Shown here: positions 23,809 through 33,846 of the stretch, piece by piece | Position numbering within the stretch: position 1 is the first letter of the stretch | Layout: each line of letters opens with the position of its first letter | NCBI GenBank assembly: GCA_965644315.1 | Contig: CBFFRQ010000018.1 | Span: 372,001 to 436,000, forward strand | Reading direction: 5' to 3' | Origin: Caecitellus pseudoparvulus | Taxonomy: Eukaryota > Protista > Bigyra: Bicosoecida | DNA: 64,000 nt | The notes under the pieces: model-generated | Told to the model about the DNA's origin: nothing | What the model saw: the letters and a program-made list of their open reading frames with translations, nothing else | The model's database searches: none | Program-made: the position numbers and the translations under genes

Positions 23809-25713
23809 TCACGCACGTTTGCGCTTCGGGGACGCGTGGAAGAAGGCGTGCAGGCCCTTTGCCTTGAGAGCCGGTGCAGGCGCAGTGCTCACGAGCTCCA
23901 CTTCATCGCCATCGTCATCACCATCCGAAACGTCACATGCTGACTCCGCTGCGGCTGCCCGGTCGCGCTTGGCCCCCCGGGGCGGTGACTTCGCGAAGGC
24001 TGCCGCAAGGGGCGAGAGGTGTCTCGGTCGGGGTTCGCTCCCACCAACGAGACACGAGGCCACTGCGGTGGGCATGGAGCCTCTGGCCTTTTCAGCTGGC
24101 TCACCCCCAGCTGCCGGGCCAGATGTTTGTTGCTGAAAGAACGCTGAGATGCCCACCGGCTTGGCGTGCCGCTTCACGTGTTGCTGCCAAGGGAAGACCA
24201 TTGCCGTCGGGAGGGCGCCACACACAGCCTTGGCATTCAACAGCGGCTGGTCTTCCCAGTCCGTACCCCACATCAAGAACAGTGCCCCCACAGCTGCCTG
24301 CCCGCCCTCCCCGCACACCAGACTTGCATATGCTGGAACGCTGACCACCATACCTCCACTGCGAATTTGCGCAGGAGTGGGCCCATACCCAGCAGATGGC
24401 TCCACAAACTCAGCGGCACTGCTCTGGCTACCAACCCCCAAGCCGGCATCAGCTTGGGGGACCGGGGGTGCCGTGGGCAGGCACGCCAAGTGCCCCTGCA
24501 ACGTGCGCAGCTGGGCTGCCATGGCCTGCAGCCGTAGCGCCCACCGCTGCACTTCCGCATCAGCCAGGCACCGCTGCTGCCCTCGCCTCCGATGCACGCG
24601 CACATACGCTGCCGCAGGAGACGTGACAAGTGGGTACACGGGCAGGCGGGTGGAAGGAAGGGTACCCCTCGCGAAGTGCCCTTCTTCCGCCGGCCCTTGC
24701 TCCTGCAACAAGTCGTCAGACGCCACATGAACGATGCCCAGTGCCATAAGCCACGCTGCCGTGAACACCTGCTGGCAATTCGGCATGACGGGAGAGGAGT
24801 CGGGGGGCACCGTGGCGGGGGCTGCCGCCCACTCGCTGGCGGCGCTGAGGACGCCTTCCGCTGATCGGGTGGCGAGGGCCGACGTCAAGCAAGCATGGCC
24901 CTCATCCCAAGGTCGGCACACATACCGGCTGGCAAGTGGCAAATTAGCCACAGTCGCAGCCGCCACGTGGCCCAGGGTGGAGCCAGGGCCCAGGGCAACG
25001 CCATTGCGGCCAGGAGGGAGGCTGGGCGGCCGCTCCATCCCAGCCTCACGCCTCAGCGCGCCCTCGTAGGAGCAGGCAGCATCAGTGACGTACCAAGCCC
25101 TGCACCGAAACTCCACTGCCATCGTTGCCACAGGGGTCAGGCGGCGACGAAGGTCTGTGATGAACTGGACGTTGTGCCAGGTCGGTTTGCAGCCACGATT
25201 GAACTGAAACACCACCAGTCCCAGCTTGCCCCGGTTGTAAAGCAGCTCACACAGGGAGTTGAAGCGCGACCAGAGGCCCTGTACCACTGCCTCTGGGAGC
25301 TCCTCCAGCTTTACGTTGGTGCGCTGGGCCAACCAGGGTGCCTCCTTCTCGGCCGCCTCTCGGGACTCGCGAGGCAGGCTGCGCCACTGGCAGGTGCGTG
25401 AGGCGAACAGGCCGAACGCCTTGATGTGGAAAGTAAAGCCTGGAGGTGTTGAATCTGCCCATGTTGCGACACTCTTATGGCTGGGGAGGCTGTAGTTGGA
25501 TGTGTCGATCTCCACGGTGCCGCCAAAGCCCCTGGGGCCGGAGTAGAAAGCCAGGCGAGGTCCAGCAGTTGCAGAGCGAAGATGGCGTGGATAAAAGCGC
25601 CCGCATTGGAGCAGTGTCGGGTCGCTCCAACCACAGGTTCCTGACAAAACTTTGCCGCTTACGTCTGGCAGCGTTTCGGAAGAAAAGGGTGCAGCAGGCG
25701 CAGCTGCAGCCAT
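23809..25713 (-). CDS. DUF72 (UPF0759/YecE-like) TIM-barrel protein with low-complexity insertions
   Basis: GTCGWS...FYP...LAFYS...TVEIDTSNYSLP...WADSTPPGFTFHIKA, KLG.VVFQF, AVEFR.R.W, YVRVH. Confidence 0.85.
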   Translation of the reverse strand: MAAAAPAAPFSSETLPDVSGKVLSGTCGWSDPTLLQCGRFYPRHLRSATAGPRLAFYSGPRGFGGTVEIDTSNYSLPSHKSVATWADSTPPGFTFHIKAFGLFASRTCQWRSLPRESREAAEKEAPWLAQRTNVKLEELPEAVVQGLWSRFNSLCELLYNRGKLGLVVFQFNRGCKPTWHNVQFITDLRRRLTPVATMAVEFRCRAWYVTDAACSYEGALRREAGMERPPSLPPGRNGVALGPGSTLGHVAAATVANLPLASRYVCRPWDEGHACLTSALATRSAEGVLSAASEWAAAPATVPPDSSPVMPNCQQVFTAAWLMALGIVHVASDDLLQEQGPAEEGHFARGTLPSTRLPVYPLVTSPAAAYVRVHRRRGQQRCLADAEVQRWALRLQAMAAQLRTLQGHLACLPTAPPVPQADAGLGVGSQSSAAEFVEPSAGYGPTPAQIRSGGMVVSVPAYASLVCGEGGQAAVGALFLMWGTDWEDQPLLNAKAVCGALPTAMVFPWQQHVKRHAKPVGISAFFQQQTSGPAAGGEPAEKARGSMPTAVASCLVGGSEPRPRHLSPLAAAFAKSPPRGAKRDRAAAAESACDVSDGDDDGDEVELVSTAPAPALKAKGLHAFFHASPKRKRA

Positions 25714-25854
25714 GGTGCCAGAAGGTGCTCAGCACAAAATCCGCAGGAGGCAGATGTGCCCGCGCAGCCCTTTCGCTAGGTTCAGTGGTATGGGTGGGGG
25801 GCTGCCGATGAAGCTAGGCATGAGGGCAACGTGCGACAGGTCTGCATTTTGCGA

Positions 25855-28455
25855 CTAAAGGCCGTACGCCTTCCTGACTTTGGCGAGGGCCTCTGGCTTG
25901 CTACCTGCAGCCTGGCCAGCAGCCACCACCTCCTGGACGATGGCCCGGTCTTGCTTGCCCAGCATCAGGGACGTCGTGGAGAAACCTGGCACGTCACCCA
26001 AGGCCTTCACCAAGTTCACACTGAACTTGGGGCGAATCGGCACGAGCTGTGACTGCACCACCTGCAGCAGGGCAGACATGGTGTCAGGCTCGGGGGCTCT
26101 GTGCAACTGCTTCTTCAGCTTCTTTGGCGTGAGGGACAGCAGGTACTTCCCGAACACTTCGTCTCGGCCTCGCAGACTGTTCACTGCTGTCTCCAGCTCA
26201 TACGTTGACTTCGGCGCCTCAGGGAGAAAGCTGTCTGCAGACTTTGACGCCACCACCCGTGCAGCAGCAGCTGCCGCTGCCTGCTCCGCCTCTGTGCGGC
26301 CAGGGCTCACCACCGAGGATGGGCTGGCCCGTGGGCCACCCTCACCAGCAGAGGCAGTTGGTCGGGATGGTGTGCCACTGGCCACAGCGGCAGCTGCCGG
26401 GATACCTGGGGTGGAGACTTCTTCGATCTTGGGTCTGGCTGGCGATTGCTGCGCCGCAGATGGCGGCGGCGTGGCAGCGGGCTTTGAAGGCGAGGCAGCC
26501 TGAGAAGCCAACTCAGCTTCAATGGAGCTCATCTCAGTTTGGGCTCTGGAGTTGACCGGCTCCAGGCGCAGCACCTCAGCAAGGCAGGCTAGCGCCTTAC
26601 GCAGCGCCCCGGTGGCCTTGAAGGCCAGAGCCTGGCGGAACAGCAGCTTCACCGCAAGGGCAGCTGCAGAGGGTGCCGGCTTCCCGCCCGCCGCCTGAGC
26701 CTCAGCAGCTGCGGGCGGGATTCTCAGCTGCTCTGCAGCGCACCCCGCGGCATACTTCAGCTGCTGCAGCCCGGCACTGCAGTCGGTCAACGCAGCGTCT
26801 GGCTGTGCCAGCTTAATGTGCACCAGCGCCCGGTTGCTGTGCACAGCCGGTTGCAGCGGCACTGCGGCAAGGGACTGGGTGTAGGCCTCCACCGCCGCCT
26901 GCAAGTTGCCAGAGGCAAAGGCCCGGTTTCCTCTCACCTTGGCCTCCGCAGCCACCACCTCCGGCGCAGGAGGTGGGGCAGGCGCAGCCTGCGGCTCATC
27001 TTCCATCTCGCTGTCATCTGAGTCCACTTCTTCGATGCTCACGCGCGTGAAGCCCGTGGAAGCGACCGGAGCAGGGGGCTTCGCCGGTTCAGACTGGGAG
27101 GGAGCGAGGTCAGGCTCACTGGACTTGCTCTCCAGGGCGCCCCCCGCCTCGTCCAAGTAGGGTGACCCTGCAGGTTTGTCGGCTGCCTCACCGTCGCTGT
27201 CATCGCTGTCTTCCTGAATGGCCACACGCGTGTAGCCAGTCGCGCCTTGTACCGGCGCTGCAGTGTCGGTGGCGTGTCCGGGTTGTGTGCCACGGCCCCA
27301 CGGTTTGCCCTGCTTGATGGCCTCCAGCACGCCCTCCACGCCGTGCTCCTCCAGGGTTTTCTTCGCTTCTTTCCCTTCCACCTCGCTGAACTTCGCTTTG
27401 GCCTGGCGCAGCAGCTTCGCCACCTCTGCCTTGTCAGGTGCGAGCTGTGAAGCCCGGTGCAGGTCCCCCATCGCACCGGCATACTTGCCCTGCTTGCTGC
27501 GGGCTGTGCCACGGCGCACCCATGCCTTCAGCAAGGTGGCATCGGCGGCCAAGGCGGCGTCGCAGTCAGCCTCCGCTTCGGCCCAAGCAGACTTCTTTAG
27601 GTGGGCCATGGCCCGATTACACAGCACCACTGGTGAGCCTGGGACATACTGCAGAGAGCGGGAGTAGTACGTGACAGCATCTGAGTACTCCTTGGCGCGG
27701 AAAGCATCGTTGCCCTTGGCCTTTTCGTTGTTGGCAGCCGCAACTCGAGCAGCAGAAGGCATGCCTGCTGGGTCCTTCATCTTCAGCTTGGCAAGGGCTG
27801 CTTGCCGCGCAGCTTCTCTGCGCTTCAGTTCGGCTTCGTCCATCTCGGGTGTCGAGCCAGTCTCTTCGAGTGCCTGCAACCAAGCAGTGCGGGGTGGAGG
27901 GGTGCGTGCGCGCTTCGAATGTGCAGCTGAGCTGGTACAGCGGCCGTATCTCACCTTGTCCACGTCGAACTTGCCCCACCTCTCGTAAAACTTCCCCAGG
28001 TCCCCAATCTTCCAGTCCACTCGCTTGGGTGCCGATGAATCTGCTGTTCCCACCGGCTTTGGCGCAGCTGAAGCTGCCAAGGTGGCCCCAGCAGCTGACC
28101 GAGGGGGGGGGAGGCCACTGTCGCTTCCCCGGGAAGACCCCAGCTCGGCGTCTGCAGCCTTGACGGAGGAGATGAACGTCGCGACATCAGAGCTGGCTGC
28201 GCCCACGTCCTCCCTTGAAGGCTCCGTGGTCAGAGCCAGGTACTTCTTCTTGTCAGCGGGGTTCATGACAGCCAGCATGCGCTGCTCCACAAACGCCTCC
28301 AGCTCGTAGTACCTGCCCTCCTTGCCCGATTGCAGCACACGAAGGATGGCCAGGAGCTCCTCGGGGTCCTTACACTCTTCAACATAGCCGTAGTCCAAGT
28401 GCTCGATGGGGACATCAACATCCTTTCCCTTCGAGTCAAGTCCTAGGAAGTCCAT
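25855..28455 (-). CDS. SPAG1: SPAG1/RPAP3-type TPR co-chaperone (dynein assembly); in-frame intron 27874-27954
   Basis: SPAG1-like N-terminus VPIEHLDYGYVEEC.D..EL..IL.VL.SG.EG.Y, two TPR clamps (KAKGNDAF, KVRGNRAF), and an RPAP3-C-like tail PKSTYELE...VPGFSTTSLML. Confidence 0.85.
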   Translation of the reverse strand: MDFLGLDSKGKDVDVPIEHLDYGYVEECKDPEELLAILRVLQSGKEGRYYELEAFVEQRMLAVMNPADKKKYLALTTEPSREDVGAASSDVATFISSVKAADAELGSSRGSDSGLPPPRSAAGATLAASAAPKPVGTADSSAPKRVDWKIGDLGKFYERWGKFDVDKVRYGRCTSSAAHSKRARTPPPRTAWLQALEETGSTPEMDEAELKRREAARQAALAKLKMKDPAGMPSAARVAAANNEKAKGNDAFRAKEYSDAVTYYSRSLQYVPGSPVVLCNRAMAHLKKSAWAEAEADCDAALAADATLLKAWVRRGTARSKQGKYAGAMGDLHRASQLAPDKAEVAKLLRQAKAKFSEVEGKEAKKTLEEHGVEGVLEAIKQGKPWGRGTQPGHATDTAAPVQGATGYTRVAIQEDSDDSDGEAADKPAGSPYLDEAGGALESKSSEPDLAPSQSEPAKPPAPVASTGFTRVSIEEVDSDDSEMEDEPQAAPAPPPAPEVVAAEAKVRGNRAFASGNLQAAVEAYTQSLAAVPLQPAVHSNRALVHIKLAQPDAALTDCSAGLQQLKYAAGCAAEQLRIPPAAAEAQAAGGKPAPSAAALAVKLLFRQALAFKATGALRKALACLAEVLRLEPVNSRAQTEMSSIEAELASQAASPSKPAATPPPSAAQQSPARPKIEEVSTPGIPAAAAVASGTPSRPTASAGEGGPRASPSSVVSPGRTEAEQAAAAAAARVVASKSADSFLPEAPKSTYELETAVNSLRGRDEVFGKYLLSLTPKKLKKQLHRAPEPDTMSALLQVVQSQLVPIRPKFSVNLVKALGDVPGFSTTSLMLGKQDRAIVQEVVAAGQAAGSKPEALAKVRKAYGL

Positions 28456-28570
28456 GCTGAAATGACTGCGCAGAAGCTCACGCACGCGGCGTTTCGCTGC
28501 AGGAAACGCCTATCCAGTGTCGGGTTTGAAGCTCCAAAAGCTGCGAGCCAGACTCGCCAGCAATGCAATC

Positions 28571-30723
28571 TCAATGCTGGGCGCACTTCATGTAGTGACG
28601 TTTTAGGTAGGACCCAATGTCATTTGGCACACGTGTGAGAATGCCCATGACCACCCACAACGGATGCTGGCTCCCTCTGTCAGTGTGCACGTGCGAGCGC
28701 CAGCAACCATGGACAAGCTCAAGAAGGTGCATTGAGCAACTGCAGAGTAGCGCAACGACAGCCTGGGTAGGCAGAACGGTCGGCAGGCAATCCAGGAACA
28801 GGATCGAAGTAGGAATCTGTGCCGCAGGCCACGCTGGCTGGCCCACGACGAGGTCAAGGAAAGACATGAACAAGATGCCACCTAAGCAGACGTGCCCAAG
28901 GCTGAGCTGTCGAACTGGGGTGTCGTCTGTGTGGATGAGGGCCCTTGCGTTGCAGTGGGCTTGCCGGCAGAGTGCATGGCTGTCACATCGTCCTCCACGT
29001 CGTCCACCATACTGCGGGGCGCAGACTGCAGCAGGTCCACCGCACCGCTCCTGTCGGCAGATTTACCGCGTTGGTGCTCCACCACGCCACCGCCACTGGA
29101 TGCAGTGAAGACAGTCTCGAACTGGGGCAAGAGATCCGCCGCGCCTGTAAAGGTTCGGTGGGAGACGCCGTGGGCTGCGTGCCGCCCGGCATTAGATGTG
29201 CGAGTTTGGCCCACATTCACACGCACTTGTGCCTTGCATGATGACTGGGAACTTGAGAGCCGTCTTTGCCTGCGCCAGCAAATCGTCCAGGCTGGACACC
29301 GTGAGCTGAGCCAGGCCAGCAGAGGGGAGCGTCGGAAACAGCCATTTGGACGGATCCTGCACAGATTTCACCACAAGGCACTTGATAACACTCAAGGATG
29401 ATTTCTCTTCCGATAGAAGGTCCAGCGAAAAGCAACTGCATCGGAGGCAGCGCTCCCGGTGATCGCGCAGCGAACGAAGTTTCGCCAGCGTTGCGTGCTC
29501 ACCCGGGACGAGAGGAGCTGGCCCGCAGGAGGAAGGCTCCAGGACGCGCAGTTGCCAGAAGCAATGCTTGGGAATCAGATGGAGGTAGGTATCCATGATA
29601 GAACCTGGGTGAGGCAGCGAAGGAGCTGGTGTCTTGACCTTGCCAGCTCGGACGCGATCTGGCTTCACTCACGCTGGCTCCCCGGCAGCGCCAAGTCCCA
29701 AGCTGCCCCCTTCCGGGGTCGAAGAGTCAGCCCCAGCTGCCATGGTGAATCAAAACACGTGGCATACCCCGTGGTGCTTCCATGGTACGCTTCGCATGCA
29801 TTTGGGTTGTGCGGTAGAGTCTCCATCTGTCAGAATGTGCAGCACTGGACATGCCAACAGGACGCCACGCCCGCCCAAGCAAACGAAGGTGAAATGGGCC
29901 CAGAAGCTTGTTCCAAGGGGTGCTTGAGGTGCGTGGCGTTGGCACAGGTGCGTAGAAGGAGAGCAGTGAGTGAGGCTGGCGTGCGCACCTTTTCTTCACG
30001 GTGCCGGCGCGTCAGCCGGATCCTGCCGCAGCGACCGCTGCGTCACCACTATCCACCTCTTCATCCAAACTGCCCAAGCCTTCGGACAGATCTCCAGCGA
30101 CTTGGCACCCTTGTGGCGCGGACGCTGCGTTCGACACCCTGCAGCCCGTGAAGTCACCTTGAGAAGCTTGGGCGTGCGCCGCAGCCCGTCGAGCATGCAC
30201 ACTGGCTTTCAAAGTTCGGGGGGGGGTTGTTGGAGCCTGTGGCGCCCCGGCGATCAGCAGAGATGCTGACATATCCCATGCAGCCTGCACCGCTCCTGAA
30301 GTGTCAACGGTCGTGTCAGGGTCCTCTTCCACAGCCTGAGGCTTGGCAGGCACAGTCTCCGGAGGAAGCGCATCACTCTCCGAAGAGACTCGGGCGCTTT
30401 GAGGGGCAGTGCTGCACAGGAAGAAGCGGAAGTGCAGATTCGCAGGGTCTCGTTTCATGCGCGTTACGCAACGAACCTGGCTTGCCTTGCGCTCTCCTGT
30501 CGCGACCCTTCTGCCCGCTGTGCTGCAGCCTTCAGGGCTCCATGTTGTGTGAGAGTGTTTGCATTTGCTTGCACGAGGCCTGTGGCGAGTCATGAAAGCA
30601 TGAGGGCAGCTGCAGCAACACTTCGGCGCGCCTTCCCAGCTTACCCGCCGAGGCTCTGGCTGTGCTGCTGCCTCCAGCTCCTTGCTCAAGACCTTCGTCA
30701 AAGACATCGAACTGCCTTGACAT
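28571..30723 (-). CDS. Probable multi-exon hypothetical protein (structure uncertain)
   Basis: A chain of minus-strand ORFs (30532-30723, 30012-30845, 29192-29668, 28882-29226, 28571-28873) with intron-like GT..CAG segments between them. No family recognised. Confidence 0.35.
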
Positions 30724-31299
30724 GAGTGATGTACTTGCCTTTCAGGCTGAAGGCTGCGGACCCGATGGTCTTCGCGGGCAAGCCGTCCCTTCCTTGTCTG
30801 ACTCGAAGCAAAAAAACTCGATGTCTTGCCGTCACGCAGATTCAAGCAGATTCAAGCAAACGCAGACACAATGCCTCTGAGGGAAGCTGGAAACGAGAGA
30901 CAAAAGGGAAGGTCAGCGTGTAAAAGTGTGGTACGGATACAAATGCTCACTCCGACGCCCAGATGTGAGGCGAGAGCATTAGCACCCACTCTGCCAGGTT
31001 TGTCTAAGGCCCTCTTTTCCTCCCTGTCTTCGGCTTAACGTGCGACATATTGTGTCAATTCGTACTTTGACAACACCCGAAAACCCTCTCAGAGCAAACA
31101 CACGTGACAGCGAAAGCCCTGAGCCTGCTGTTGAGGCAGCACCGCTGCAGCTGCTTGGATTGGTCGACGTGGGTGTCCCAAGCTCTGAGGAAACGCTACT
31201 CGCCTGTTGCGCCCTCTGGCCAGTCCTTCCTGCGCACAAGCAGCGCCCAGAGGAAGCGAGACGAAGTGCAGCCAGGAGTGAACCCTTGCTTGTCTCGCT

Positions 31300-32001
31300 A
31301 TGAGTGACCTGGGAGCACACGTCGGGACGAAGGTGAGTTGCGAGCTTGGGTGGGTCGCCGCGACAAGCGCCGTACTCGCAAACTTGCCGCTCGTACAGTA
31401 CGCTGGAGAGGCCCACAACCACCGCATGGAAGGGAAAGGCGAGTATACATTTGAAGATGGAGTAGTGTACAAAGGGGAGTTCCACGACGGCATGTTTCAT
31501 GGCAAGGGTAGCCTTCACTACCCAAATGGCGGTGTGTACACGTCTACCTGGCATGGGGGCAAGGAGGTTCAAGGCGAGTACACGTTCCATGATGGACTGG
31601 AGTTTGGAGGGAAAGCATGGGACTATGTCACTCCATCTGACCGGCGATTCTTCACTGAGCGCAAAGACGGCATCAAGCCAAGCGGCGACACAGCGTTGCG
31701 AGACCGACCTGACAAGCCCGACGTCCCTGAGGGCTGTTTCGACATGGGCAATGGCATGCACCTGGACCCCACATCAGGCTCTGTTGTGCTCACAAGCTCA
31801 GGGGAAGTCTTGCGGGCTGCCTCTAAGCGTGAAGTCGCGTGGGCTACAACCAAGACCCGTGAGAACAAGGGCAGCTCAGGCCCAGCTGCCTCTGCACAGA
31901 TGCAGCAGGTTCACGCCCACTTTGCACCTGTACCAGGGCATGGACCAGCCACTGGAAAGGCCACCCTTCGGTACACTGGTGCTGCAGGGGGGGCAGACTG
32001 A
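31300..32001 (+). CDS. MORN5: MORN repeat-containing protein 5; in-frame intron 31333-31398
   Basis: Three MORN repeats followed by YTFHDGL.F....WDY....DRRFFTE...GIKPSG and VPEGCFDMGNG, the MORN5 pattern. Confidence 0.88.
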   Translation: MSDLGAHVGTKVSCELGWVAATSAVLANLPLVQYAGEAHNHRMEGKGEYTFEDGVVYKGEFHDGMFHGKGSLHYPNGGVYTSTWHGGKEVQGEYTFHDGLEFGGKAWDYVTPSDRRFFTERKDGIKPSGDTALRDRPDKPDVPEGCFDMGNGMHLDPTSGSVVLTSSGEVLRAASKREVAWATTKTRENKGSSGPAASAQMQQVHAHFAPVPGHGPATGKATLRYTGAAGGAD

Positions 32002-32393
32002 GTTGGGCGACACCTGGGGCAGCTGAAGAACGCCACCAGTGCTCCCATGTTAGGCGGTAGCACGGCATCAACGACCTCAAGCTTCTATGACGGCGACTGC
32101 CAGCCTCTGGTGTCCATTGGTCTTACTGGGCAGGGACGGCATGTGCTGTGTCCACGGCCGTGAAGCCGAGGTTCGGGTATACCCCCAGCGGGCACAATCA
32201 AAGCCTGAAAAAGCCCAGCTCAATGTAGGGTCAGGAATGGATGTCTTCTTGTGCCTGAATTCTCATCGTGCTGAGCTTGAATCCCTGAGCGCAGGGCATC
32301 TGGACTTGCCTGGCTCAACGGTGCCACCTTTGAGCGGTGCTCCAGGCGGGAAGGGCAGCGATGGCTCAGGCAGAGGGCGGAGACAAGGGTAAC

Positions 32394-33541
32394 ATGGGGG
32401 ATGTTGACGCATGGATCGATCAATTGATGGAGTGCAAGCATCTCAGTGAGGGGCAAGTGAAGCAGCTGTGCGAAAAGGTGGGTGGTGGGCACGGATGAAA
32501 TTCCGCACACCCCTCGCACATTGTTTGACCCTTCGATGCTGGCTCAGGCGCGGGAAATTCTGGTGCAGGAGAGCAATGTGGTCACTGTCAGGTGCGTCCA
32601 TCCTCGCGACAGCATGTCCATGCATGCGCGGAGGGCAGGGTGTTCGCTGGCCGTCCTGTGCCTGCACCCTGGCGCTGGCTCCCATGTGCACAGTGCGCCA
32701 GTCACCGTGTGCGGAGACCTGCACGGCCAGTTCTTCGACCTCATGGAGCTGTTTCGACTGGGGGGCGACTGCCCTGACACGAACTACCTCTTCCTCGGGG
32801 ACTATGTGGATAGGGGGTACTACTCTGTGCGTCGGCTGCTCCGCTCCAGCCTGAACAGCCCGCCGCAGGGCTCGTCACCCTTCTGCCGCACAGGTGGAAG
32901 TTGTGACGCTGGTCACTCTGCTGAAAGTTCGGTGGCCTGATCGCATCACTTTGTTGCGGGGCAACCACGAGAGCCGCCAGATCACCCAGGTGTACGGCTT
33001 CTACGACGAGTGCCTGCGCAAGTACGGCAGCGTGAACGTGTGGCAGTGCTTCACAGACTTGTTTGACTTCATGCCATTGGCAGCCCTCGTTGAGGAGCAG
33101 GTTTTTTGTGTGCACGGGGGGCTGTCCCCGGCCCTGGACAAGGTGGACAGCATTCGGTCCCTGGACCGTGTGCAGGAGGTGCCCCACGAAGGGGCGCTGT
33201 GCGACCTGGTGTGGTCTGACCCCGACGATCGCATCGGATGGGGCGTGTCTCCTCGCGGCGCAGGCTTCACCTTTGGTGCAGACGTCACAGCGGCGTTCAT
33301 GCACAACAACAACTTGCGCCTGCTTGCCCGCGCTCACCAGTTGGTCATGGAGGGCTTCAATTGGGCCCATGACCAACGAACGGTGACGGTTTTCTCAGCA
33401 CCCAATTATTGTTACCGCTGTGGGAATCTCGCTGCCATCATGGAAGTGGACGATGCTTTGCAGTACCGCTTCCATCAGTATGAGTTTGCACCTCGGAAGG
33501 ATGAGCAGGTGACCCGTGTCACGCCAGAGTACTTCCTGTAG
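32394..33541 (+). CDS. Ser/Thr protein phosphatase 2A-type catalytic subunit; three introns
   Basis: [52 protein letters not shown]-terminal TPEYFL. Confidence 0.95.
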
Positions 33542-33846
33542 TGTTTCCCGTTTGGTGCCTCCCGCACAATAGGTGTGGGCTGGCGCTCCTACCGCAGCTG
33601 ATGAATTATGCAACTGTTCGCCAAGAATGCACCTGCCCTTGTTTGCCCGGTGGCTTGCAGTCGACCCAGCAAGCATGTTGGTTGGTGGCCCTCTCGTCAG
33701 GTCAGAGCATTGGCACTCACATCATGCGGTTGCGCACAGTAACGGTAGTTTTGCAAACTCGTTGTCTGACCCTAATTGTCCAGTCTCCCTCTCAGGACCC
33801 CGGCAGCGTGCCTAGTCGCACTGGAGGATGTATGAAACGCAACGGC

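Noticed and set aside
30836-30858. Short direct repeat GCAGATTCAA x2
   Set aside because: Too short and isolated to interpret; likely a local slippage duplication.
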